64,000 nt of DNA from the NCBI GenBank assembly GCA_964106645.2, contig OZ067041.1. One strand, 5' to 3'. The notes beneath the pieces are model-generated. The model worked only from the letters and a program-made list of their open reading frames with translations, was not told the DNA's origin and did not search any database. Shown piece by piece: positions 42,730-56,100 of the stretch (positions within the stretch are counted from its first letter, which is position 1; each line of letters begins with the position of its first letter). This stretch comes from Podarcis pityusensis. Its lineage: Eukaryota. The position numbers and the translations under genes were made by a program.

Positions 42730-45700
42730 CATTTCCCTTTTTTGGGAAGATTTATTTTTTTTAAAAAAATACATACTACCATAGCTTGCTTGAACAGAGA
42801 AAGAAAAACAAATGTAAATGTTTAGCCATATAACATTTGCTAGTGTTACCAGCATGTTTATGAATAATACAGAGCTTTGGGGGGGGGGCGATTCTCTTGA
42901 ACAACTTATGAAAATTGTCCCAGAAAAGCTGCACTGAAATGCAAGGGAGGTATGAAGGAAACACTTAGGAAATGTCCTTCTAGAAAAGGTGGACACCACA
43001 AAAACTTAGTATTTTGCATTCAGTTCAAAATGGAATTGCACTTTGCGATAATACCACTGTGGTGATGAACATTCGTTTGTATACAAATGTGTAGCTAAAG
43101 GGACAACAGCATACTTATTATACTCCCATCTCTTTACTTTCCTTTGTAATTTAGTAATGACATGAATTAATGACACCCAGAGTTTAATACCCTGCCTGGA
43201 AAAGGTTTGCTAGTTACAACTTAATTCCAACTGGGAAGCAAATTTAATCATTACATTTGTGTTTCTAAAGCTAATTCTTTAAAATTCATGGTCCTTTTAA
43301 AAAGACATAACATGGCTTAAGAATCATGAGGTTTAAAATTCCATTTTGGATTCTTTTTATTTCTCTTTTGCTTTTTGAATCTTCAGTGGACACTGCAGCC
43401 ATACTTTTGTTTCCACAACCACTAAAATCTATTAGTTTTTAAATGAAAACCGAGGCTCCCATTACTTTCAGCATTCAAAAGCTCCCCCAAAGTGACAATA
43501 TGTAATGAAGACCCAGCAAGTTGGAAGCCATGCATACCTCCTTAACTAGAGTGATTTACCAGCGCTAACACAAAAACAGAACGTTAAAGTTTGCTCACTG
43601 AAGTCAGTGGCAAAAATTCATTTGCACAAAGAACTGCTTCTGGTAAAGCAAAGGAAGCTATTTACACAAACACATTCTGATACAAACACACTAAAAACTT
43701 TTCCTACGGGTGATCAGTTTCTATATATTTAATGTCAAATGATTAGGAAAAATGTAGGATTACTGTTGGATGGATTGCTTTTATGGAAGACAGGGATTTC
43801 CCATTAGCTGTTACAAACAAAAATTAGGATTCAATAATTAGCAGAAGAGTAAAATTAAACCTTTAGGCACTTTGAGGACTTGTTTTAATGTGTGCCATTC
43901 ATATTGAGGTATTACATTACAGCTTTAAAGTGACTGCTGCCAAAACTCTGACAGAAGCATGCATTAATTATTATTCAGAACATTTTCACTTAAAATGAAT
44001 AAATGAGATGTTTTGCCAAGAAGGAAGAAAATGATTTTTCAGGTTTCTGCTACACATTAATTTTAAAGAGGCAATAGTCTCAGGAGTCTCTCTTCCAGGG
44101 GGAAAAGATAACCCGCAATACCTCCTAAGTAGTTGTCTGAAAACTATCTCCAGGAGGGTTTTGTCATAGCCTTGTGAAAGTAAGTTTAAAAAAGAAAGAA
44201 AAAGAAAAAGTATTTTCACAATCACTTGACACTAATCATTTTTCCAAGGCCAAAGTAACAAGTTCCATGTTCCTGTATAGAAAGATAGTCTTTGAAAAAA
44301 CATTTTTAACAATAATTACTGGTCTAAGGAAATATGAACTGTTGCAGCTCTAATACAAAACAGGCTAATATTTTGATTTAAGTCAACACTAAACATACCC
44401 CCGTACATGGGGAATGTTTCACTCAAATGTTGTCAACCAATTCAATTAACTGCTGTTAGAAACATAACAATTAACATGAATACTAGAGAAAATCTGGAAG
44501 GGTAAAGTGATTGCTGCTACATAGAATATTTAAAAATGGTTTAAGACTACACTAAATGCAAAAGAACGCACTTGTGAGTTTCTCACTTTGTTCAACTATA
44601 AATCCTCAGTTTGATAAGCAGCATTTTTGTATTAACTCAATTGTATAAAATACCTTCAAGCTTGTGCTCATTAAATATATATGTATATATAAAACATACA
44701 AAAAGTACAAGATAGTCACATTAAGAAACTATTACAGTTTTCCTTTTTTATTCTTGTCAAGGGTCAAATTTCTGTTCACCAATTCTCAATGCGACTTTAG
44801 TTCCAGAATTCGGTATAGTGCACAGAATTCAACTACCTGTGCAGTCTGTTTAAAAAAAAAAACCACACACACACCACAGGACAAAAATGGTCTTCTTAAA
44901 TCAAATTCTATTTGTGAATTCAGCAAAATAATTTCTATAAAATAAAACAGCAAATATTTAAATAGTATAGGGTGGGCTGTATCTGTTTTGCAGGGGTATT
45001 TGGTTTTTCGACAGATTCCAAAATAATTACACACATTCAAGTTACCAATTTTAATTTAAATACAGTATTTACTGATGTCTTCCTTGAAGTCCTTAAACAA
45101 ATGTTTACTCTGGAATAGAGATACCTCAGTTTTGTATTTGACTAACCAGTAGTTTGTTTGTTTTTTTAATAATCAAACTCTGCTTCTAAGGTTTCGATTT
45201 CTCTTATCATGGACAAAGAGCTAAGATTCAATTCTTGTTTTCAAGTAGAATTGTGAACGAGCAGAAAACCAGCAAGTTAACTTGGTGCAGTGGCACTCAC
45301 AAGTATTGTGTGATTTTGTTGACTTCCACTTCACTGCAATGCAGTAGAAAGGAAAGTGTTAGAAGTTTATCAAATAAGCTCTACCAAAGAAACAAAACAA
45401 GCACACCAAATACAGTCTATTATGCTCCAGGCATCCTGGCATAGCAAAAATTTGCATATTTGTTTTAAATCTTTTAATTTCCTATTACTGAAAACTAAGT
45501 GTTTTTTTATCCCACCCAGAGACAAAACTGTCAAACATCAGATGTGAGGAACATATGTGCAACTGAAAACCACCTGTTTGTCACATTGCCCAACCCTCCC
45601 CTCCCTGTTTTATATTCTAGGTGGCAGAAGAATAGGCTCTGAACAACACAGTTGTCACTCTGGGACAACTGTCATTTTTCTTTCCTCACTGGCTACACTA

Positions 45701-46341
45701 ACCTGGTGTGAAGCCATGCTAAATGTTACAGCTTAACTATAGCTTCAAAGTGATTAACCTAATACCAGAATGAAAAAGGCAATGAAAAAAGACCTAGAAA
45801 CAATGTTACATCACCAATTTTCCACATCAACCAAATAATTAAAAGGTTACCAGTCATTACGTTGCTCATAGTAAAATTGACTCCAGTGGCAAAGAATTAA
45901 CATGAAACTATTTTTCTGGTTGACATGGAGAGGCTTACTTTTTTGGGGAAAGAAGTTGATCCAACTGCCATTAGGCAGGCAACACTGGTTGTAGAGCGCA
46001 GCGGATATATCAAGAAATTAATTGTTGTAGATCTGTGAGTCTCATCAAGACAAAAAAATGTTTCTTGCTTAAGAATNNNNNNNNNNNNNNNNNNNNNNNN
46101 NNNNNNNNNNNNNNNNNNNNNNNNNNNNNNNNNNNNNNNNNNNNNNNNNNNNNNNNNNNNNNNNNNNNNNNNNNNNNNNNNNNNNNNNNNNNNNNNNNNN
46201 NNNNNNNNNNNNNNNNNNNNNNNNNNNNNNNNNNNNNNNNNNNNNNNNNNNNNNNNNNNNNNNNCCAGACACAGAGAAAAGTTGGACTGTAAGGCCTGGG
46301 TGCACAGTCTTGATGGGGCAAGTTAATTATGTGCATTTCCA
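42730..46341 (-). other. USP9X: USP9X 3'UTR (AT-rich, repeat-poor); candidate AATAAA signals near 44747, 43356 and 42751
   Basis: Follows the stop codon and shows no recognisable transposons. Distal end is uncertain. Confidence 0.55.
46077..46264. other. Assembly gap (188 N)
   Basis: Run of N. Confidence 1.
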
Positions 46342-46476
46342 CTATTCTTTCGTCTGAGGCGGTGAAACCTCTTCACTGCCTTCATAATTTTCTTGTGCTC
46401 GTTGGCCAGTTCGCTGAGGGTTGTTCATATGATGTGCTGCTGGGCCTGTATATGGCTGTCCATGCACATGGTTATT
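46342..46476 (-). CDS. USP9X: USP9X last coding exon ([11 protein letters not shown]...PPQTKE*)
   Basis: TTCCAG acceptor, 44 codons plus TAG. Confidence 0.96.
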
Positions 46477-49400
46477 CTGGAAGAGACAAAACACATGGTA
46501 AGAATAACTTCTATATTTCCCCAAAAAAGTAGCTCAGGGAACTGAGCAAGCAATAATTTATATTTTTAAACCACAACTAGAGAGCTACTTACACTTACCG
46601 CCAACTAAAAATAGAACAGATAAATTTGCACTGAAATGGAAAGGTCAAGGTTACAGTTAATTAATTCCAACTTCATGCAAAAGCTGAAGCTTTATGTGAA
46701 GGTCCTCATAACAAATCTTCAGAAATGGAATGGTGGGGAGGAAAGTTTTAATTAGTACACAGAAGCAGGAAGTGGTAATTGTGAATGGCCTTTCTTCCAA
46801 AGGGACAGTATATTTCTTGTGTCAAACTTAATAAAATGACTTCGAGGTGATCATCGTCAAATATGTTTGTTTTAACTGTTAACACACCTAAACTGGCAGA
46901 TGTAAAACATTCGTGTACCTTTGTGTAATGTGAAGTTGGGTCAACTATGAACCTAAAATTGGACTTAAAATATAGCCACTGTGCATGTTAGGAGGTGAAA
47001 AAAGCCAGCTCTTGTGAGAAAGTGAAGACACCACACACTAACAAATAAGGGAGCTGGTGGTTAAATGTATTTCAACTTTGAGGAGATTGGGTCTATATCA
47101 CTTACCAACTGCTCTGCTGAACACATCGATAAAGAAAGCAAGATGAAGGAAAATGAGCAGGAAAGGAAATTAACAGATTAAGGATATAGAATTAATTATT
47201 TGGGAAAGGAAAGGGAACAAATACTGGTTATGTATGACTTACAAAGGTAATGCAAGATAATTACAATTTTAGCTTTCTGGAGTTAGCACTACATTTACAA
47301 AGGCACTTAACTTTTAAGAGATATACATACATGCAACTTAAGGTCACATGGTGTTATACATGAACTATAGCAGGGCTGGTTCAATGCTGGTTCAGAAACT
47401 TCTATTAGCAGATCACTGTGTGCAAAACTTAAGTGAAATTTTAGGCATTTTACGATGTATAGGTTGTTTTCTAAAGTGGTCTTCAAAGCATCAATGGACA
47501 TGTCATATTGGGGGAATTTAGTTTTTCTCTGGATGCACCTGTGAGCTGATTCAAGTTGGCTTGCTGGCTCACAGAGAAAAAAGTTAGATAATTGTTCCCA
47601 TATAATGGTTGTGTGTGAGGGCATTCACAAGATACTTAAAAAACAAAAAACAAACAAACAAAAAACCCTGTCTGCTAATTACACTTTGCTGGAAGAGCCC
47701 CTCTACCTGAATCACATTCTATGATGTTCTTGTGAAAGTTATCCTTGTTCTAAAAGGAATAAAACTGGCAATATGTTTTTTAAAAGCTGAAGCAAAAAGT
47801 TCAAAGGATACCAAAATGAATTGACATGTTTTAAAGATAATTCTCTGCTTACCTGTTGATACTGGGAACCAGGCGAATGGGGATACAATGGAGCATCTTC
47901 TGGTGGAGAGGACTCATGCTCATCAGGGGCATCTGGGTCATCTGGTTCCTAAAAATGAAAATTGCCCATTAAAACAAAAAATAAACTACTTTTCACATTT
48001 AAATTCCTTGCCCTTATTTTCTTCTGGCAATTGATTGGACCCAGAGAAATTCCTGCAGAATGTGTGGGTGGAAGCTGACTACCCTGCTGCTTCCATCACA
48101 TCACTGCCCACTATCCCAGCCTCTTTTGAGGGTTAGGGCAACTCTGATATATGGTTGGCTATGACATGGAGCCTAAGGGAGGAACTCCAAAATAAAAACC
48201 TGGACAGATTCTCCCACCCCAAATGAATCAGGATACCCAGACACTTGGAAGAAGCTCCTTTTGAGAAGGATCAAGAAAGAAATTCAGCTTCTGCCAAGCC
48301 CTTCTGCAGGCACCTCTCTAAATCCTATACTATGTAACAGCTATCAGAAGTAGATGCTGCTATATTAAGAATTACAGGTTTGGAGGCTGTGGCCAGAGGA
48401 GTGCTCAATCTCCCTTGCCTTTCACAGTAATAACTGGGGGCACTTGGTACAGTGGAGGACTTAACTCCTGTCTACTTATGAGTTCCGAAGTCTCACTAAG
48501 CTAGAAATAACTCATAAATCTTATAGTGGCAGCTAGCACTTCAACTATGTAACTAACATATATTTCCATCAGGAATTTTATGAAACAAGTTGTTTGTCTT
48601 CCAAAGAATGCCAAAGCAACATTAGTTGTAAATTCACTCCTTACCTCCTCTGGGCATAGCTCACAAGCTTTTGCAAGGGTCATTCTTGCACTGTGTGATC
48701 TCTCTAGGAAGTAGCCATTTGATGTTTCATTACTCTGGACCGGAGGAGACCAATTGTTATAGGTATACTGTGGATTGCCAGTGTATGGCCTACGTTCAAG
48801 CTCATCTCCAAGCCACTCTACTGCCCAGGTCCACTTTCTCTTCAAATCTCCATTACTCTGAAAAGATGGGGGGGGGGGGGGGGAGAGAAAGCCATTCAAT
48901 ATTTTAAAATTACTTCTAAACACACCTCAGTCCAATGCAGCTTTTTAAACGGGGTGCATAGTTTCCCATTCATTATTCTTGGTTTTTGTAAAACAAAAAA
49001 CCAAAGCACACAAAAAATACTCCAGTAAGGTCCCTACAGTTCTATTTTGTCATAGATGCTTTAGTTGAGATACCTCCATTGCAGGGTGTTCGACTCGATA
49101 ATCCCTTCCAATCCTACAATTCTGTTCTAATTTTATTTCTATGAGGGAATAGACATTTGCTCTTGGTGGTGTTTTCCCCAATTTATTTGGATAAAATATA
49201 CAGTGGTACCTCAGGTTACATATGCTTCAGGTTACATACGCTTCAGGTTACAGACTCCGCTAACCCAGAAATAGTGCTTCAGGTCAAGAACTTTGCTTCA
49301 GGATGAGAACAGAAATCGGGCTCCGGCGGCGCGGCAGCAGCAGGAGGCCCCATTAGCTAAAGTGGTGCTTCAGGTTAAGAACAGTTTCAGGTTAAGTACG

Positions 49401-52400
49401 GACCTCCGGAACGAATTAAGTACATAACAGAGGTACCACTGTACAAGACCATTGCTTTATCTTAGTGACTCTGCAGAAAGAGTTCTATTATAACTAAACT
49501 TGGCTCAGTCCTGTCCCTCTCTTCATAGCATTAGAAAAATAGAGAAAGTAATTTTTTCTTGAGATAAAAGTAATTACCTGTAAAATCTGGTAGGCTACTG
49601 GACAGTTGCTGAAAAGAGCTACCATACACTTTATACACTGGTAAGCCCTTTTCTGATAATGATTCTTAGAGCGTTGAATGGTATCAAATAGCCCATCCCG
49701 GTCATCTGGAATTCCTTTAAGTGCATTGTGAATCCTAAGAGAATCCCAAACACACCAAAAAGTCAGAATTTCACACATATAAACATGCATGTAAATGTCA
49801 GCATCATAAAGGGCTAGCATTAAAATGTTGCACAAGCTCAGACCCAGCAGATCCAGATAATCAGTGTCTGTACTTGCAAAACTGTCGATGTACACAATCT
49901 TAGGAGATGCATGCTCCCTCTACTCATAACAAGATGGAATGTCTCTCTTCTAGGATCTTGCCGTATCGTTACAGGGTACCAGTAGTTGTGAAGCACTGTC
50001 AGTGATATTTTTTATTTACTTCTTCACACCCTCTTCTAAAAGGCTGACATCTAAATATGCAGAATGTGTTCATTTTCTCACTTGGTAATCACCATTATGG
50101 CCTGTACCAGATTTTTTGTAGGGCCCATGCAAAGTGACCTCAGGTCTCCATTTCTGCCTAAGCTTTCCTGAACCCAGCTGCTGTTTCTCTACCATAAACT
50201 CCCTCCACTCCCCTACAGAAATAAAATTAAAAATCCTTTTGAGCTATAGCCTGAATGATTTTTATAGCAGATTGATTCACGCAAAATAGAACAGTCAACC
50301 AATTTAATTAAGGCTCAGTGTTTATATAGCAGTTTTCCCAAGTACTCAAAATAGTTTCCCCTCATCTCAGTAGTCCTTCTTGTCTTCTCCCTGGTAAAGT
50401 ATGCCACCATGATCAACGTCCACCCAGAAACCTATGTCCCCACTGTGGAAGGATGTGTGGATCCAGAATTGGCTCCCCCAGTCACTTATGGACTCACTGT
50501 TAAGACTGTGTTCACGGAAGACAATCTTACTCGGCTACGAGTGATCGCCAAAGAAGGTACACCAGTATTATCACCCCCATGTAACAGATGGGAAGAGAAG
50601 AGAATAATGCTTTATCCAGAACCACCTAGTGCATTCTCAGAGAAGATAGGTGAACCAAGGAATTAACAGCTAGGCAACTGAAATCTGCTCTGTCTCCATG
50701 AAACAATTACAAAGACTTTCACACAGAAGCACCACATTATTAATGCAAAAAATGCAGAACCCAAAAACACAAGAAACCCAAGTGCTAACCTGTGAGTCTG
50801 CCAAGAGTCCTCAATTAGCAAGATTTGCAGAAGGAGATCCAAGTACGGTCGAAGTTCATATGTGTATGAATATGCAACCTTTAAAAAGTGGAATTTGAGG
50901 AAAACATTAACATGCAATTAATGATTATTTAAGTGTGTAGTACAGGAGAATTCATGCTATGAATAACTGAATGGGTACAGTATTATGTTATGAATGAGCT
51001 TTCGTTTCAATGCCGCAAGCCAAGGAAATATTTGTTAAATTAGGCTTTATCATTGAAAGAGCATTCATTTTCTCTGATGGTCACTTTTTTTTTAAAGTAA
51101 CCACTACTTGTTGCAACTCTAAAGACTAACAGGATGAAAATCAAGGGACAATAACCTCTGCACATCAACCTCTTGAATAAAACACACCTTTCCTGACATT
51201 TCAATCATTTTTTACCTGCCAAAGTAGTTCACTAAGGACTGTAGATGAAAACTGAGGATTCTCCCAACAGCAGAAGCGAAGTAGTTTGATGGTCTCTTCT
51301 GAGTTACTGCAGTCTTCAATTATTTTTTTCACATAACTAGTTCGCACAAACAAGATGTCTGCCACATTCTGCTGAAGTGCCATTATAGGCTGTGATAAAT
51401 TAGTATCACCATAAGGGTTGCTAAGTGGAGGATTACCTAAAAAGAAATGTTGTTATATTATTTTTTATTTGAACTACAGAAACCAACAAGGTACTATTTA
51501 ATGTAATCTTTTTAATTACTTCACAGAACATGTGAAGTACATTACATACATATGTGAAATGTCTCTTGTTCGATTATGAAAATCACTATTCTATAAATAT
51601 TCACCTAGGCCGAGTCTGACAGATACAGATTAAACTTCTGATATAACAGTTATGATCACTGTAAAGCATTACGGCTGGTTTTGTAAAACATGGGGTTTGG
51701 TAGTACTCCTTAGTGAAAAATCAAAGCCTGTATAATTAAACAAGGCTTTTCTAAGACTTCCCTTGGAATAGGCTTAACTTGCACTACCAAAATATGGAAT
51801 AGTTGTGTCATATCTAGACACATTTAAGAGAACCAACCTTTGCACATACAGTTCTGGTAATACAGAAAATCCTCAACTTACATGGAAGGTTACATTCCAG
51901 TGATCACACCTAAACTAAAAATCAAGTATAGTCAAAACACATTGGGTTACAATGGCAGGTGGGATTGCCAAAGTCTTTTCTCCTGGATGCCAGTCTCCTT
52001 TCTAATTTCTTTTCTTTAAATAATGCCAAGCATGGAAAGCTGAACGAGCACAACTTAAACGTGTGTAAGTTGTGAACTTACTGTATTTTAATGATTTGAA
52101 ACTTATCCAAATCTTTAAGTAAACACAGGCCAGCGTAACAGACAAAAGATTAGTGAGATGCTATGACGAATAATAAACTGCCACACACATTTAATCTGTT
52201 TAAATGCTCCAGAATTAACAGTACCATTGATAGAAGACTGCATACGTGATGACACATTGCAACAGCGGATTAACTGGGACACCACAGTATAGAGTTTGCC
52301 TAGTTCAGCATACTGGTATTTGATTGGAGGACCTGGGCCTTCATCCAGTGCCACAAGCATAAATGTGGCAGGTACATTTAGTTTTAAAAGCTGAGTTTTT

Positions 52401-53064
52401 TCTGCTACACCTAAAGGGAAGTTGGAAAAAGAGGAAGAATAATGAAAACATACTTAGCTACATTTAAGCTACTGAACTGAATCATATAAACAAAAAATAT
52501 TCAGATAACTGTTCACATTTGGAAATCCATAAATGGGCATTTACTGTGAATACAATACTCCATGCCTTCAACAATCCAGCCAGAATCACTCAAAACCTTT
52601 CTGATTCAACAAGATTAAGAACGCATCAATTGTCTGCTGAGGAATAGCTCTGGGGAAAAACCAACCAACACTCTTTTCCCTTGCAGCTGTGGGATCACGG
52701 AAAAATTGGTAGTGGTGGGTATCTGTCTTCCAGAGAAGACTGTCCTGCATTAAGGGATCCCCAGAGCACAGGCTGAAAACCACTGATTTAAGCTATTAAT
52801 AACAATTTGTGCTGCATCATTAAGCATTCAATGGGCAAGAGTCAAGACTATTAAGTAAGTGCACTGACAGAACATGGACAAAGCCTTTAGGGTGAAACAT
52901 CACATTACCTAAGTTGGCATACATCACAAACAAGTTGAAATATTGCTGCAAATGGCGCCCGTGCTCAGACACTTCCCTTCGAAGAAGATTCAGTACTGCT
53001 CTCAGCAAATGGTCACTCAAACTTAAATTGTCATAGGCCTATAAAACAACACAAAGGATGATGA

Positions 53065-53109
<45 letters not shown>

Positions 53110-56100
53110 ACATGTAAAGCTGCTTCACTGCAGCCTGTTAAAAGACCAGCTGAACATAAATTCTCAAACCCAGAATGAAATGCAACTTTTATTGTTTAAT
53201 TATCAGAACTAATGATATCAAATTCAATTCCTGAACTATTCACTGTATCAAATTTCTTTGGTTAAAATGTTTTATCCTATACTGAATAATAGAGGAATGT
53301 ATCACACATTACTTAGCAGATTAAGCTGGGAGAGGCAGGGGTGCTAAATATGAGACCAATTCAAACATTAACCTTCAGGAAGGTAGTCAAGAACACAGCA
53401 GAAAGACCAAATAAATAAATAATTCTGAAACCAGGGATGGGAAATTGTTTTGAGCCCAAGGGTTGCAACTCCCTCACCACCAAACTTCCAAGAGTCTGGC
53501 TTCTCTCACCCCGTCCCTTGCTGTAAGGTACAGCTGGCTTCTCTTACAGTTCCCAATGAAACGGCTGCTTCTCAAGTGCTTGGGTGTCTAAAGATAGCTG
53601 AGCACTGGCGATTATCACTGAATACTCCTCGAGTGACGGTTAACTTGGGAATTACAATAAAAGCCACACGTAGTGCCTCAAAGCAAGGAGCAATTAAATT
53701 TTGCAAAAATAGTGGAGGAAGCCAGGAGGAGAAGCAGTGAGCAATGGTGTTTCCTTGCCCAAGCAGCAACACTTCTGTGGCCACAAAATGTGTTGGGGGT
53801 TTGCAGGTCACATAAAAAACCTTTGTGGGCCAACAGTTCCCCACCCTGTGCTAAATGGAGATTAATTAAGCCACCCTTATACAAAAATTCTATTATATCA
53901 ATTTATATTTAGACTATATAGAATTTAACAGCTCTCTACTATTGTATTCTGACTGTAGTAAAAGCATACCTGACTAGAAGGTCCAGGTGAAGCAAAAGGT
54001 GAAGGACATGGTCCATCTTGCAATGAAAAATGTGCAATAAATACTATAAGTTTTGCAAATGCTCCCCTCACTTCAGCACTAGGGCATTCCAAAAGGTATT
54101 CGGAGAAGCGATTTGAAACATTGAAAAGGACATTGTGCGCAAACCAAAAACGTACATTCTTGCTATGACGAAGGAGAATGCACAAAGCATCATACCTGGG
54201 GAAAAAATAAATTAACGGCATCACATACCCAGAAGACAGACTTGTGTATAAAGGTGGACACTTCAAATCCAGCACTGCATTGTTAGTAGTAGGAGCTTTG
54301 TTAACCATGATTAATATGAACCAGGATTCCTTATTAACCCAAGTTTTAACAAAATTAAAAACTACTAGAAACAGTGGTTTTGAGGCTCGGTTTCAATGCA
54401 CTGTTATTTCACATTTTGAATGATTAAATTGTACCATATAATCAGTACAATAAAACTTATGACAGTCAAATTCTTCTTAAAGGCAAATATACCAGTCACT
54501 GGCAGGACCACGGACAATTTTCTTTGTGTGAAATCCTGTGGTAAAGAGAAACCTAGCAGCAAGCTGAACACCAATCATGGTTATTTCTTCTGCTTCAGGC
54601 AGTAGATGATCCTGTCCTAAAGAAAAACAGAACACAAAATGTTAAGACATTTATTTGAAAGTGATACAACAGATTATTCCGAGTTGTTTGTCAACCTGAG
54701 TCTCAATATAAATCTTAAATTATTAGAAAATTATTATATTTTATGTAAACCTCTGAGAGATTTCTTTTTATATTAAGTGGTATATAAATTTTATTTAAAA
54801 AAAAACCAGGAAAGATATTTAAGAGAATTCAGTACTCAAACTTAAGTTGTCAGCCAGCATTGCTAAACATTTTTTCTTGTGATCTATAAAACGGTTGGAC
54901 TTATAGACCACAGCACTTCAGTTAGAAACCAGTATCTTTTTTGTTGCATTTATCGGCCAAATACGTTTTTTAATCAAATGTAAATAATGCTTAATACCAA
55001 GGAAACAGCAACCTTGTCTTTTCTATCGCTCTTACATATTAGAAAATGCCTGAGGAACAATAGTCTCTTATCCAAATTTGTAATGTTTAAAATGATGCAC
55101 AAAAATATGAGAAATGTTAAAAGCTATGTACTTTCACTACCTCTTGTCAAAATTTATTATAAATATCCAAACACTAACCTGGAGGAGGATTTAGATAGAC
55201 ACTGTTACAAGTCAGTAATTTCTTTATGAACTGGAAATATTCTAGGCTGTACTGCATTCGGTTATGCATGAACTGGACATTTTGCTTCCGTACACTTCGC
55301 TCAATGGCAGATGGCATTTTAATTTGATGGGGTTTAGTGGTCATTGTAAGTTCTGAAATATATTTTATTAGTTCATTGTCTCTGTCTACTGTGTCCAAAC
55401 GTTCATAAAAGAGAATGTAAGCATTCCACCACCTCTTCTGACGTCTGTAAGACATGCGCTTCATCATATGGTCAAATACTTCTCCCATGTACTCTCCACC
55501 AAAACACTGATTTTTCATTTCTTCATCATCATCCATTTTGCATTCTGTTACGTCACCATCATCAAATTTATACCACCTGTTTTTCTCACCATCTCCACCA
55601 TTTCTCTGAATTATGTAAGAGTAGTAATGTCCACCACTGGCTTGACCACTGTGCACCAATACACCAACAAGTCTGTATTTAGTACTTCCAGAATGCTCAT
55701 TTTCAGACTGTTCATTCTGTATCAGCTGATTTTCAGGATTTACATCATCCCCTTCTAGTTTAGCTACTCCTGCCACTGTATAAGGTTCCATGTCCAACTC
55801 TCGCGGAAATTCAAAATAGTCATTGAACTTGATTGCACATTCCCTTTCCCAGTCATAGTCAAATCGTTTTAGTTGGATGGCAAGAACTGGGGGCAACTTT
55901 TTAATTAGCAAGCGTTTAACTGTATCAACCTAAGGAATAAAAGATTCACATGTTAATGTATTCTATCTGTGTAAATTATCAATGCCAACTACAAATGCAA
56001 GTGAAAAATACTGCCACAATTCTTTGTCAAAGTGCTATAATATACCAAGTAACTATCAATACATTATGCATTGCATATCACAGACAAATTTGATATAATA

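Noticed and set aside
46010-46342. ORFs with poly-X
   Set aside because: Artefacts of the N gap.
48597-48644. Possible equivalent of the 16-aa alternative donor extension recalled for human USP9X after CPEE
   Set aside because: Read-through peptide [16 protein letters not shown] is unrelated and there is no donor 48 nt downstream.
50409-50666. 85-aa antisense ORF with perfect Kozak GCCACCATG in a USP9X intron
   Set aside because: Overlaps the 3' end of an RTE LINE in a different frame; chance Kozak match.
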